NCBI GenBank assembly: GCA_964016885.1
Contig: OZ024741.1
Span: forward strand, 203,980,001-204,044,000
DNA from: Eledone cirrhosa
Taxonomy: Eukaryota
DNA: 64,000 bases
Direction: 5' to 3'
In this document: positions 1 to 13,204 of the stretch, in pieces
Numbering within the stretch: the stretch's first letter is position 1
Layout: every line of letters begins with the position of its first letter
Translations under genes and position numbers: made by a program
Notes under the pieces: generated by a model
What the model was told of the DNA's origin: nothing
The model's input: the letters and a program-made list of their open reading frames with translations, nothing else
Database searches by the model: none

Positions 1-763
1 GAGGAGAGGAACAACGATACGCTAGCTGACTCTGCCAAAGGTCGGCTGGCGAAAGTGTTTGGAACCACTCTATTTATACAAAAATAATCGTTTGATGTTT
101 AGCCGCTGCGTAGGTGTTTTATTTTGGTGGCTTAAGGGTTGTTTGTTTCACTGGGGTGAGGTAGCTAGCTAAGCAGATAGATAGAGTTGTTTATTTCACA
201 GATGTTATTTCCGGTGGCTGTACATATGCATATATTTAAAATATAAAGTCTTACTATTGAACAGTCACTGGAACTTGGGTAATATACCCCAAGTCCTCAT
301 TATACTATTATATTTAGTGAGAAATTTTGCACTTTAAGTTCTTAACTCAACTTATATCTATCTTAGTCACTGTCACGCTGAGTAAAAGTAGTTCATAACT
401 CTATGAAAACTGTTTCTCATCAGTTTACATAGTGAGCTAATCATCCTCATTTTATATCCACTTTCCACATTGGCATGACAACTTGGAGCATTCTCATCTT
501 GCTCATACATTTGGCATGGTGGGTGTTTTTGGGGGGTTTTTTTCATGGCACCAACACTACTACTTTACTTAGTATACTGGTGGCAATTTTTGATGGCATT
601 AGTACTACCACTTTACAGGGTGTACTGAGGGTTTATTGAAATTATTTTGAATTTAATGTTGCATTCACTTTTAAAAACTGTTTTGTTCAGTTTCTGAATA
701 TCTCTGTAATTTTTAACTTTCTTTTTTAAAATAAATGCATAAAAATAAACTTCTGTTTACAAG

Positions 764-865
764 GAATGTGAAAAAGAGAAAGAATTATGGAAAGAATATT
801 ACATGGCCCGACCATCCTGTTGTTATGAAAAATATCATGCCCATTTTAACATTGGCTTATCATCG
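764..865 (+). CDS. Myo1d: Class I myosin (MYO1D/Myo31DF-like), internal exon in the neck/tail region; upstream exons lie outside the window
   Basis: aag|G...CG|gtaag. Translates NVKKRKNYGKNITWPDHPVVMKNIMPILTLAYHR, resembling the MYO1D segment VKTMRDYGKHVKWP as I recall it. Phase matches the next exon. Confidence 0.85.
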
Positions 866-1048
866 GTAAGGAATAATTGCAGAATTATGTTTACTTTGAG
901 TTTTTTTTTATGGAATTGTTATTGCTATAGATGAGCAGGTCCTAGCCAGGGATCTACAGACCCTTCAGGTGGTCTGCAAAGGACTTACTAGGGATCTGTG
1001 AGCTAGGTTCAAAATTCCAATTACTTAGTTAAAAACATATATATAATA

Positions 1049-1573
1049 TATAATGAAAATATTGTGTACAGTGCTCAGGTGCACTACAGCTCATTAAAAG
1101 TATATGTATAGTACATAGGGTAATGTACAAACGTCAGCAAATGAACAGTGCATGAGTCATGATATACACATGTGTGCATGTGTATGGAAGGGGTACACCA
1201 GGTGTAGTATTGGCGAATTTCGGGAAGCATGAGGGTTTTAAAGGATGCAGTGTCTCGGCAGCTAACAACTGACGCAGGCAGTTTGTTCCATGCTTCAGCA
1301 ACTCTAAGCGTGAAAAAATGTTTCCGAAAGTCATGGGAGCTGTGCTGTTTTCTGATTTTGTAGGCATGTCCACATGTGTTAGACACGTGGAGATCAAAAA
1401 GGTGCTCAGGGTTGTTGTTAGCGAGATGGTTAATAAATTTGTGGGTGTTTACCAAGTCCATTGCCAGACGTCGGAGCTTCAATGAATCCATGCCCAGGGA
1501 AGCAAGGCGTTCAGAGTATGGTAGGTGTCAGATGGAGGGTATGTGCTTGGTTGCATGTCTCTGAACAGTTTCC
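1049..1573 (-). mobile_element. 5'-truncated CR1-like LINE 3' end (same family as 42715-45505)
   Basis: ORF 1084..1491 is nearly identical to ORF 45063..45356 (RKHFFTLRVAEAWNKLP, a CR1/L2-type C-terminus), with the same 3' UTR. Confidence 0.9.
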
Positions 1574-2206
1574 ATATGTACACATGTATCCATAAGTATA
1601 AACATTTCTCTTTTGATTGTTATTCTCACTGAATAACAATTTCTAGTACTTTGTTATAAACATAATATATACACACCCTATTGTACATTCATCTTCTTTA
1701 AGTATAAAAATTTCTTTACTTTGATTGTAATTTTCACTATAACAATCTGAGTGGGATGTAATTGTAACAGAAAGGGAAGAATTCATTAAAACAAAAGGGA
1801 TCCTAGGCAGTGAAAATGCTTGGAACCACAGCTGTAGATCAATGAATTCTATTACAATGTGGTTCATTAGATTTTGGAGTAGGGCATTGAAATACAACCC
1901 TTACATTAGTCATTGTGTCCTTGTAGTCATCGGGTATGTTTGCTATCAACAGGATCACTTCTAGGGGTCACCATCTCAGTTTTGTTTTTATCTTTACCTT
2001 ATATATTTACTGTATTTTATATCTTGGAACTTGGGAAATTTTACTATTTTATACAGGAAATAAAGTAAATATTCTGGCAAGTGACTTGATCCACGACTGT
2101 GTTGAAGTTAAAGCTATTACATCGCGCATGAGTAATTTAAGCCACAGTGTCTGGCAAGTGATTTGATCTAAGACTGTGTTGAAACTAAAACAATTTACGT
2201 TGGGGA

Positions 2207-2592
2207 AGAGTTATTTTAGTCATTTAAAAACACACTAAAGTTGTTAACCTTACTTTATATGCATAATTTATTTATCAGTGACAATATTTTGTCACTCTAT
2301 CAGTGACTCGGTCACTAACACAGTTCCACAAAAACCAGTGAGATAAACATCTTCGCGCCAAGTAATCTATACTATAAAAGAAAAGCTTTTCCTCCACCTG
2401 TCTGTCCATCACACAAATATGTAGGAGGAAAAGAGGAGACAACTCCTTCTTTAAGTTGAGAGAGGGGAATAACTTATGTCATGCTTATAGTTTATTGCAA
2501 GCTTAAGAATCTACATGCTTAAGGCACCTAGTAAATGATAATTATAAAATAAAGTTAAGTCTTTGTGTGTTTTAAATGACTAAAATGACTTT
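2207..2592. mobile_element. MITE-like element with ~45-bp imperfect TIRs and a nested mini-Helitron-like insert (2366-2531)
   Basis: ttattttagtcatttaaaaacacactaaag (~2211) is inverted relative to ctttgtgtgttttaaatgactaaaatga (~2561). The insert reads A|TCTATACTATAAAAG...cttaag..cttaag..CTAG|T. Confidence 0.5.
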
Positions 2593-3158
2593 TCCATAAA
2601 ATGAATATTGTCATCATGGAAATATTTGAGATTGGATAAATGCAGCAAAATGAGTCATTAGTGCATCAGATGAAATGGTACAGTATTTGTTCAGGCTTTC
2701 TCTACCGAGTTCAAATCTCACCATCACTCCAGGATTGATAAAGCATCAGTCCCGAGGACAGTGGATTGGCAGAATTGTTAGAGTTAGACGAGATGCTTTG
2801 TAATATCTGATCTGGTTCTGTTTCTTCTGACTTCAAATTCCACCTCCTTCAGCCAGGAGTTGCCACTGGCAAATGGTAAATGCAATGGAAAGATCAATAG
2901 AAAAATTGTTCCTTTGATACAATCTAACAATTGGTTCCCTCCTTTGTATGAGAAAAATCATGCAATGTTGGTTTTGTAGACAGGGAAAATAATGTGATGA
3001 AATTGAACTCAAGACCTTATGGTTGCAAAGCAAACGTCTTAACCATTTAGACATGCCTGCATCCACTAACTATACAGAATAATATCAATGACCAATGTTT
3101 CAGTATTTACCACATCTAATTTGCATTATCACATAACTAGGTCATTCTTTTTTCATAG

Positions 3159-3303
3159 GTGGTGGGCATGGATGAAGATCGAAACCATACCCAAGGATGA
3201 ACAGCTAATGTTTCACATGAAAATACTGACAGCAGAGATGCTGAAAGGACAACGGGCAGAATGGGGTATCAAACGAAAATGGGAGGGCAATTACCTTCTT
3301 CAG
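3159..3303 (+). CDS. Myo1d: Myosin I exon, start of TH1 domain
   Basis: tttcatag|G...CAG|gtcagt. Translates WWAWMKIETIPKDEQLMFHMKILTAEMLKGQRAEWGIKRKWEGNYLLQ; EMLKGQRA...WEGNYL is characteristic of MYO1D-type tails. Confidence 0.92.
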
Positions 3304-3654
3304 GTCAGTTAATTTTACAAATGTAATATTGTTATTGTCTATGAGAAACTAACTGTTATTTACATTTTAACTCTTAACATCCTACATTCTTTAAAAAGTA
3401 CAAAACAGCAGTATGACTGCATCACATTAAAAAATTCTTTTAGTTTTCACAATGATCTGTCCACTAGTAAAGATACTACAAACATTTGAATTAACAAACC
3501 TGTTTTTAGACATTGTTTTCTACATCATTGCAGGATGTTAAAAGTTATCGGTTAGTGATGGGAAAAAAACTGAAACTCAATAAACTCAGCATTTACATGA
3601 AAAATAACTCTTCCTCTCAATAATCAAGAATTAGTAATACAACTCTCTCATTAA

Positions 3655-4612
3655 GTTTTTTTTTTCTTTTTTTTTTTGGAGTACAAAATATACTTTAGAG
3701 ATAATTCAGATGAAAGAATGGTATTTAACTAATGTATTGGTACGTGATGGGGCCCACCCACAGCCCCGGCGGACAGAATGGAGAAGGCGTTTCCCCGGAG
3801 GACGGCAAGGGAGCCGTGCTGGAAAAGCCACTCCAACTCGCGGGGCTCACACCTGCAGCTGGCCAGCTCAGCGCCCATGGTGGTGAGTAACGAGGTAGCC
3901 CTGGGGCTGAGGACACCAGAAGTCTCCACTGCCAGGAGTACGACCGCAAACCTGTTGGAGGGAAACCGGTATTTGAGGAGTTTGGTGCCCTCAGCCCGAC
4001 TAGCAGCAGAACCTGGGTCAGTCGCAGACTGCACCAGGTTGCGGCTGCAGAAAGTGTCGGTGCAAGTGGCATCCCAGACGAGGGGTTTGCCACCGCGGAA
4101 CGGGAAGATGATCATGCAATCTGGCCTTTTGCCGTCCCCTCGATCCAGCCCCACCGGCTCGATCTGGGAAGGGAAGCCTGCAGCGTCCAAGCCACGCTTA
4201 ATGACCTCGTTGAGGGCAGTATGACGTGGAATGCGGCTGGCACTGTGGCGACAGGAAAGCCGGTGGAGGCCGAAAGAGGCCACGGTGGAACCGCAGTGAC
4301 ATTGGTGTGGCTGGCAGATCTGGAGGCCGAGCCTCAGGGAAACGCCGATTCGCAGGCTATGGTTGTCTAGCTGCGTGCCAGTGGAGAAGGAGGGCAGGGC
4401 ATGGAGCCAGGCACGACTGTGGAGTTTGAAAACCGCATGAAAACAAGCAAGGCGGTGCTGGTCGAGCTGGCGCGTGAGTCTGTCTGAGGCCAGGCTGCAC
4501 TGGATGGCATCCCAAGTGCGTTGGGGGGGACTTGACGTCAACAAGGGGAGAAGGAGGAGGGACGTCTACTGGGCTAAGTCCCAGCTGGTCCCATGTCTCA
4601 CAGGCGGCCATA
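3655..4612 (-). mobile_element. CRE-clade (restriction-like endonuclease) non-LTR retrotransposon, 3' fragment
   Basis: ORF 3729..4544: LRLG..CQPHQCHCG...HRLSC zinc knuckle, RH..LN, KRPD...WDATC..K..KY..AVETSG and RGNA. GC-rich island; poly(A)-like tract on the - strand at ~3656-3677. Confidence 0.85.
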
Positions 4613-5838
4613 ACGTTCTCTGAATATAGAGGATTCTGTTGTGTTTTGAAGAGCCCTGCTGACGAGGACGCGGCACGAGATTACCGACGAAAGATACACC
4701 GGCACAGCTAGTGAGATCGGGGATCGGAGGCCAAGGCTGCCATACCTGACCGGGAACATAACTGAACAAAGATTCTTATATACGTGAGCTGAAATGGTTC
4801 TTCCAGCGCGCCTCCCTCACCATCCGCCGATGAAATGCCTTCTCTATTCTGTCTGCCAGGGCCACAGGGCAGCCAACACATGGGCCCCAATTTGCTCACA
4901 ATAGTGAGAGATAGGAAGTGTGGGAGAGACAGAGGCGGTGACAGTGGGAGTTTGTTTCTTTTGTGTTTGGACCTGGTGTATATGTATATCATCATCATTT
5001 TATGTCCCTTTTCCCACGCTAGTATGGGTTAGACAGGCTGTCCTGTTGTGGGCAATTCCAGGTCGGGCGACCATGTCTTGCTCATACAAAACTGATTTGG
5101 GCTTGGTTTCTATAGCTGGATGCCCTTCCTAACACCAACTTCTTTTACAGTGAGTACTGGGTACTTTTTTACCATGGCGCCTACACGATCACTTTACATT
5201 GTGGACTGGGTGCTTTTTGTTGTGACACCTACATGACCACTTTACAGTGGGAGTGCGGTGGGCGGCAAACTGTCTATATGCTTCAGCTTCGGCTTGTACC
5301 CATGGGAAATCAGGTTTCTGTATAACACCAGAGGTCTTGGTCCTGTATCATCAAAATTATGGTAGGTTTATAAACAAGTATTGACACTTTAACCATTTTG
5401 CTAACATATTTCTAATAAAAGACACTGCCTATGATTTTCAAATAATTTGGAAACAATAAAAAAAATTTGGAGAGATTTTGTTATAAAACTAACTTTCTCA
5501 TTATTAAGCTGGTGTTTAAAACTTAACAAAATCTTTTTACATAAAATTACAATGGGAGTTTTTTTTATATCTAATTATAGTTCAAGCATTATGCTTTAGT
5601 TATTTTGTGAGATGGGGAGGTTGAGTGAGAGTGAGGGGGTGTAGAGTGAATGAGAGAGAGTGGGAGAGGGACAGTGTGAGAGACGCTTTCCATAAAATTG
5701 AGAGAAAGAGATGTAGAAGAAATCACTGTACAGCTAAAAAGTGAGAATAGGAGGGTAAACGACTGATGAGGGGCAAATGTCTTCTGTAGGAGGATTTTTT
5801 TTTTACTCTTTAACTCTGTTCCTTTCTTCATATATCAT

Positions 5839-6019
5839 ATAGAGTGAAATTTCGTTATAACGAAATTCACGGGCTATAAAAATTAATTTGTTGTAATGAA
5901 AAATTCTTTAATATGAGATCAACCTAACACATCAAGCATGTGGCCAGGGATTGAAAAAGGTTTCGTTATACTGAAAAATTTGTTATAATGGTATTTGTTG
6001 TAATGGAATTTTACCTGTA
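5839..6019. mobile_element. Degenerate pogo/Tigger-like MITE
   Basis: gtgaaatttcgttataacga at the left end and ttgttgtaatggaattttacctgta at the right, with internal repeats of the TIR motif. Confidence 0.4.
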
Positions 6020-7054
6020 TATGTGCATGTGTGTGTGCATGTTTGTTTGTATCTCTCTCTCTCTCTCAAGTTAAATAAAGCAGATGGTATATATTTCATT
6101 ATAGTCGTGTGTGTGTGTGTGCGCTCTTTAACTCTCTCTCAAGTTAAATAAATCAGACGATGTGTATTTTATCTCAGTTGGTTTTACAAGAGTTAGAAAC
6201 ACTGATCATCTCTTCATTTAAACCACTGGCAAAATGAAATATATATATATATATTATAATTCTGTTTTCTGTGAATATTTATATGTTTTGAGGTGTTTAG
6301 AATAATATTTCTTTCCACATACATACAGCGTTTCAGGGACATTTTATTAAACCTGATGGAGCTCATCTCCACTCCAGGTCTGAATACAGCATATTTCTTC
6401 CAGAGAAGGATAAAGTGTAAGAGAAAAGAAGTGAGAAAGAAAGAGATATAGAGGAACAATCATCCCAATACTTGACTGGTACTTTTTTTTTATCGACCTC
6501 AAATGGATGAAAGGCAAAGTTGACTCGTGCAGGATTTGAACTCAGAGAGCAGTGAGTTGGAACAAATACTGCAAAGCACTCCATCAGACATTCTAACAAC
6601 TCTACCAGTTCGTTGCCTAATTTAGAAATACAGAGTGAATATTTATTATGTTTTTGAAGTGTTTAGAATAATATTTCTTTCCACACAGTCTTTATAGAAG
6701 TAATATAGATAGATACAGACTTATAACTATAAAAACTATGGGTTCACAAGAAAAATGGTTGCAAGCTGCTTGTGAAAAGATGCACAGATATAGAACACAA
6801 ATCAGGCAGGAACAGCAAGAAGAAATAATAGAAAGAGAAAAAGACAACACCAACAGAGACATGTAGAAATGAAGGATGAAGAGAGGAATATCATTTTAGA
6901 GCAAGCTAGATTAAGACAACAGGAGAGAAGAAATAATATTCAATTAGAAGAATGTCAAGAATGTTTAAAGCAAATTAGACTAAGGCAACAGTAGAGAAGA
7001 GATGCTTGGAGATGAACGTCAAAAATATTTAGATAACAAGAAAGAAGAGATAAT

Positions 7055-8365
7055 ATGCAACAAGAGGAGCACAAAGAATATTTGGGGCATGATAGACTAA
7101 GGCAACAAGAAAGGAGAGATAATAAGCAACAAGAGGAGCACAAAGAATATTTGGGGCCTGATAGACTAAGACAACAAGAAAGGAGAGATAATATGCAACA
7201 AGAGGAGCACGGAGAATATTTGGGGCATGATAGACTAAGACAACAAGAAAGGAGAGATAATATGCAACAAGAGGAGCACGGAGAATATTTGGGGCATGAT
7301 AGACTAAGACAACAAGAAAGGAGAGATAATAAGCAACAAGAGGAGCACAAAGAATATTTGGGGCCTGATAGACTAAGACAACAAGAAAGGAGAGATAATA
7401 AGCAACAAGAGGAGCACAAAGAATATTTGGGGCCTGATAGACTAAGGCAACAAGAAAGGAGAGATAATAAGCAACAAGAGGAGCACGGAGAATATTTGGG
7501 GCCTGATAGACTAAGGCAACAAGAAAGGAGAGATAATATGCAACAAGAGGAGCACGGAGAATATTTGGGGCATGATAGACTAAGACAACAAGAAAGGAGA
7601 GATAATAAGCAACAAGAGGAGCACAAAGAATATTTGGGGCCTGATAGACTAAGGCAACAAGAAAGGAGAGATAATAAGCAACAAGAGGAGCACAAAGAAT
7701 ATTTGGGGCCTGATAGACTAAGGCAACAAGAAAGGAGAGATAATAAGCAACAAGAGGAGCACAAAGAATATTTGGGGCCTGATAGACTAAGGCAACAAGA
7801 AAGGAGAGATAATATGCAACAAGAGGAGCACAAAGAATATTTGGGGCATGATAGACTAAGACAACAAGAAAGGAGAGATAATAAGCAACAAGAGGAGCAC
7901 AAAGAATATTTGGGGCATGATAGACTAAGACAACAAGAAAGGAGAGATAATAAGCAACAAGAGGAGCACAAAGAATATTTGGGGCATGATAGACTAAGGC
8001 AACAAGAAAGGAGAGATAATATGCAACAAGAGGAGCACGGAGAATATTTGGGGCCTGATAGACTAAGGCAACAAGAAAGGAGAGATAATATGCAACAAGA
8101 GGAGCACAAAGAATATTTGGGGCCTGATAGACTAAGACAACAAGAAAGGAGAGATAATATGCAACAAGAGGAGCACAAAGAATATTTGGGGCATGATAGA
8201 CTAAGACAACAAGAAAGGAGAGATAATAAGCAACAAGAGGAGCACAAAGAATATTTGGGGCCTGATAGACTAAGGCAACAAGAAAAGAGAGATAATAAGC
8301 AACAAGAGGAGCACAAAGAATATTTGGGGCCTGATAGACTAAGGCAACAAGAAAGGAGCGATAAT
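7055..8365 (+). repeat. 69-bp coding minisatellite, 19 near-identical units (23-aa STPR-like repeat)
   Basis: Unit (M/K)QQEEH(K/G)EYLG(H/P)DRLRQQERRDN; 1311 bp = 19 x 69. Degenerate units flank it on both sides. Confidence 0.95.
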
Positions 8366-8502
8366 ATGGTCCCAGAAGAACATGCTTTACATTTACAGCA
8401 TGATTGGCTAAGGAAACAAGGAGAGATCACATCCATAATAATGCACGAGCACATTTTCTCGAGCGACAGAAAGAAGTGCATAGACTTAGAATAGAAAATA
8501 TT

Positions 8503-8690
8503 AATTGTTTCTACTTTTGGCACAAGGCCAGCAATTACCCAGTGCATTACTGGTACTTTACTTTATCAACCCCGTAAGGATGAAAGGCAAAGTTAACCTC
8601 GGCGGGATTTGAACTCAGTCCGCAAAGGGACGTAACTATGCTGCAAAGCATAGCATCCGACCCTTTACCGATACTGCCAATCCACCGCCC
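8503..8690 (-). mobile_element. tRNA-derived SINE, family 1, inserted in the Helitron
   Basis: On the - strand: A box TGGCAGTATCGG, B box GAGTTCAAATCC, core gcctttcatccttacggggttgataaa, tail gtagaaacaatta. Further copies at ~6460-6620(-), 27460-27600(+), 30195-30292(+), 30617-30800(-), 40861-41041(-), 45515-45695(+), 45712-45895(+), 46161-46281(-), 46463-46642(+), 46743-46885(+), 49445-49582(+), 53946-54132(+), 56218-56375(+). Confidence 0.9.
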
Positions 8691-11600
8691 TGGAGAATAG
8701 AAAACATTAATGCTGAAGAATTGCACAATTTCAGGCAGAGTAGAATGCATAATGAGCGTCTTAGGAGAAAAGGCCCAGCAATTAATGTTAATGACAATGT
8801 AAAAGAATTTTGTATTGGTGATATGAATGTTTCATGCAATCATTGTGGAGCTTTGAAATTTAGAAATGAAAATTATAACTGTTGTAATAATGGAAAACTT
8901 GTGCTACCTCCATTGCAAATATACCCTGAATGACAGAAATCTCTTTGAGGGAGGCCAGGAAACAGTTGCATTTTGCAGGAACATCTGCAATTACAACTGT
9001 ACATTTTCTTTCGCTTCATTTGGTGTTAAACTTGCCTTACCACCTGGCAGAGGCCCATATTCTTTTGTATTCAGGGTCAAACATATCACAATACCACACC
9101 TCTGTACCCTACAGAAAATACACCACAATATGGCCAGCTACATATTATTGAAGCACTGCAAAATAATGACTTCTCACCGAAAACAATGTCTATGATAAGT
9201 AAGGTGTTACATGAATGTAATCAATATGTTGATGTCTACAATACAATGCATGACATTGAACAAGAAGAGCATCAAAGAGCAAGAAGAAAAAATTGTCCTG
9301 TCAATACTGTGAATTAAGATTTAAAAGAGGATCATATATGAGACGCTATAATTTGCCAAATAGCTGTTCACATAGATATTGTCATCTACCCTAACAACCA
9401 TCCTCCTTAGAAAAAAAAATATATTTCATGCCACTTGAACCCCCATGACCTACTCTTTATTGTTTTCACATGGTAAATTTGGTTGGCATAATGACATGCA
9501 GCATTCAGAGGAATGTAGGACCTGCATCCGCAATAGACTGACTATGCAGGAGTACTAGAGATCCCATGTAGCATATAGAGGAGGATTTAATGTGATACAT
9601 AAGGCAGGCAAATTATTTCAGCACATTGTAGTGGATACCTATGTGAAAGTAGATAGATGTAGGCTCCAATACTTGAGGAACAATCAAGCCCCCAAAGTGA
9701 GTGGATGAGTACAATGGTTTAATGGATTATCTGAACAGAGGAGCAGATTATACCACTGAGCCTGGAGAACCAGTTATTTTGACATTGTCTTTCACTGGCA
9801 GCCCAAGAAACATGCATCAGTAATTTCAGAATGCTATGAGAATTGTTGCCCTGATATTCTAAATAATTTAAATCAAAATGAAGCAGCAGAAAACAGACCA
9901 TATTTAGTTGCCCAAATTTTTAAAACTCAGCTTTCTGAAATGATGAAAATATCAAAGAAAGACACATTCTTGGCATGTCAGTGGCTCATGTTCACATCAT
10001 TGAGTTTCAAAAAAGATGATTTCTTCATTGCTATATGTTAGTCATCTTAAGAAATGAAGACAAGATAAGAAATAAAAGACATTGACAGAATCGTGTCAGC
10101 AGAAATACCTGCATTGAAAGATGATCTGGTACTAGATGAGCAGGTTAAAAAGTTTATGATCCATGAGCCATGTGGTTCTGGAAATCCTTCTTCCCCATGC
10201 ATGCAAAATGGATTTTGCCAAAAGAACTATCTAAAAACCTACAGAGAGAAAACATTATTGAACCTAAATGGATATCCAGAGTACAAGAGATGTAAGACAG
10301 GAACTGCAGTGCAAATTGGATGACATTCAGTAGATAACAGGAATAATATGCTGTTTAATACCTTTTTGCTAAAGAAATATTGTGCAGATATTAATGTTGA
10401 AGTTTGCTCTGCTGTAAAAGGCATCAAGTTCATGTTTACTAAGGGCATGATTGTGAGTCTATAGCAGTAACCAATAATGCATTACCTAATGATGCTCAGT
10501 ACCAACACAACCATAATGAAATAAAATAGTATATTAGTTGCAGGTATGTGTCTCTGCCAGAAGCAGTGTGGCATCTCTCTGAATTTAAGCTTCACAGTAT
10601 ACCACATACAATGTACAGGCTAGCTATACACCTGGAACAGAGTTTACTTTCAAAGAATCAATGCTCAGGTCACAGTAGAAATGCAAGGACACAGCCCTTA
10701 CTGCCTGGTTCAAGCTAAATGAAGACAAAAATGCAAGCAAATACCTATATCCATAAATTCTGGAACACTGTGTGTTCAATGACACCAACAGAAAAAAGAT
10801 GCCAAGAAGGAAGAATAACATTATTTTTAGAATGTACACAGTCAGCCCCAGAGTTGTTGAAACATTTTATTTAAGAATATTGCTACTACATGTGCCAGGC
10901 ACTAAGAGTTTTTAAGAACTAAGAACAGAGAAGGGAGAAACATTTCTAACCTTCAAAGTGGCCTGCTTGCGACTTTGTCTTATAGAAAATAACTATTTCA
11001 GCCAAGCTCTGCAGGAAGCTGCTACCAACCACATGCCAACACACCTTCATATGATGTTCGCTGCTCTGTGTGTTCATTCTGTGCCAGCCAATGCACTGCA
11101 ACTATGGAACACCCATAAAGAGTCAATGATTGAGGACTATTTGCAATATGGGATAGATAACCAGCAAGCTGAAAATATGGCACATGGTTACATTAATGCA
11201 ATAGTGATTGAAAATGATACCAAATGTGTATGACTGGGCCTACCTCAGCTGACTGAGATGTGTGAACCTAAGTCCCAAGCTGACATCAACCAGCTTGATA
11301 TCAATTCTCTTACTGAAGAGCAACAAGTGATTGTTGATACTGAAATTGAAGCCGCTCAACAGGAGAAAAAGGGAAAGGCCTGCACATACCTGCTTGGAGT
11401 GTGTGGCAAAACATACTTGTTCAATACACTGATTTCTCATCTCCAGACGAATAACTATCATGTGTGTTGCAGTGCTTGGATCAGCATAGTATCTACTCTA
11501 CTGCTGGGAGGTGGAACTATGCACAATTTATTTAAACTACATGTTCCACTAAGAGAGACCAGTGTGTGTAATGTGTCTGGCTCATCTGACCATGCCAATT

Positions 11601-13102
11601 ACTTATGGAACTTGGATCTCATAACACTGGATGAGGTTTCTATGATTCCTTCCTATGCAATCCATTCCATTGAAAATGCCTTCACTGGTGTCAATGAAGT
11701 GTTTGGAGGAAAGGTTTTGCTTTTAGGAGGTGATTTCAGGCAAGTGCTGCCAATATTACCAAGGAGTACCCGTGAAGCCATATTAGAAATATGCCTTAAA
11801 AACACTCATCTGTGGTACTTCTTTTAACATTTTACATTAAACAATAATATCTGAGTAAGAGAAAATCAGAGAGTGCTTGTGAAATGGCTACTACATCGTG
11901 GTAATAGAACAACACCTCCAATTGAAGGACTGAATATGAATGAGGATGATGTAGAAGTGACTCCATTCTCATGTGCAAATGACTCTTTAGTGAAACAAAG
12001 TTTCAGAGATAAAACGCAACACAAGAAAAGAACACGAGTGATTTTTATCTGCCTAGAATGCTGATTGCCTATTAATCAATGAAGAGGTTCTCGGATAACT
12101 ACCCAGTAACAGCCATACCTATTATAGTACTGATAGAGTAATCATTGATGACCCTACAGAGGCTGACAGATATTCTACTGAATTTCTGAACTCACACCTT
12201 CTGGGATGCTACCTCACAAACTCCAATTAAAAACAGGATCATTAATAATGCTTTTACGGAATATTTCAATCCAGAACAGATTATGCAATGACACAAGATT
12301 AGTAGTAGTGGGAATGCATCAACACTTTAACAAAGCTTCTCATATCCTTTGATGGGCAGGTGTGTTTTGATGCCAAGACTGAAGTTAGCCCTCATTGATC
12401 CTAACATCCTTTCTACTTTGGAAAGATCCCAGTTTCCAGTAAGACTGTCATATGCTATGATAATTAACAAGAGCTAGGGTTAAACATAAGATAAGGTGGG
12501 TCTGTTCCTTCCTGAGCTAGTATTGTATGTCACTTTTCAGGGAGTTCGCAGACAGTCAGATGTAAAAATTAAAGTATTGAACACTGATAAACAAGGGAGG
12601 CAAGGTGATAAAACTGTGACAAAGGACATTGTATGCTAAGAGATATTAAGATAAATCTGAGCCCAGTTAAAAAGTTGCAAGTTGTAATGGAATTGAAACT
12701 AATCACACAAATATAAACATTCTGTATATTCTCTATATCGTTTTGTTTAAATTAATTGTATATAATGTAAAGTAATTATGATAAGGAATATGCAATTATA
12801 TGTTGATCTGGCAGTTTCAATAGAAATAAATACTATGAAATGTATATTAAGTATTGTATATATTGTTGTTATATATTTTTGCATATATGCAATAAAAATG
12901 CAAATCAGCCTTTTTTTTTTTTTTTTTTTTAACTCCACAGGTCCCGCTAGTAAATATAAATACATTAAAATAGTCGGTTTTGCATCAGTCAATCAAGAGA
13001 GGTTTTGTGTGTTTGGTATCAAATGGGTTAAACATGTTGGCAAGATTCTCAGCTTTGTTTTTGCTAACACTTGGTGTTGTTATTCTTTGTATTTTTTTTC
13101 AG

Positions 13103-13204
13103 TGTAAAGAAAATGCTAACACTTCTGATTATATTGCTCGCATGAACAGTTTGAAAAAGAAAGATGGTTATACAGCAGTATTGTTTGCTTCTTTAGTTAA
13201 AAAG
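13103..13204 (+). CDS. Myo1d: Myosin I TH1 exon
   Basis: ttttttttcag|TGT...AAG|gtatgt; 102 nt, phase 0/0; CKENANTSDYIARMNSLKKKDGYTAVLFASLVKK. Confidence 0.9.

Larger units (their letters stand above)
6738..12950 (+). mobile_element. Decayed Helitron (Rep-PIF1 helicase pseudogene) in a myosin intron
   Basis: Zn finger CNHCGALKF..CCNNGK (~8836); Rep motif HIIEFQKR*FLHC (~9993); MIHEPCG..NPSSPCM; PIF1 motifs GKTYL, DEVSM, FGGKVLLLGGDFRQVLP, QFPVRLSYAMIINKS. Many stops and frameshifts. 3' end CTAG|T at 12947-12950; 5' end not located. Confidence 0.93.

Noticed and set aside
4657-4722. CTGACGA...GAAA hammerhead candidate
   Set aside because: I could not form a convincing stem II, or a stem III with an NUH triplet followed by stem I.
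3748-4889. Single DNA transposon bounded by TGGGGCCCA inverted repeats
   Set aside because: Only 9 bp and nearly self-complementary, no TSD, and the CRE 3' UTR/poly(A) appears to extend past 3748.
7055-8365. CRISPR-like regular array
   Set aside because: Head-to-tail units with no unique spacers, no cas genes, and a eukaryotic context.
6955-8547. 530-aa Cys/Ser/Leu-rich ORF on the - strand
   Set aside because: Antisense shadow of the 69-bp repeat; it starts inside a SINE.
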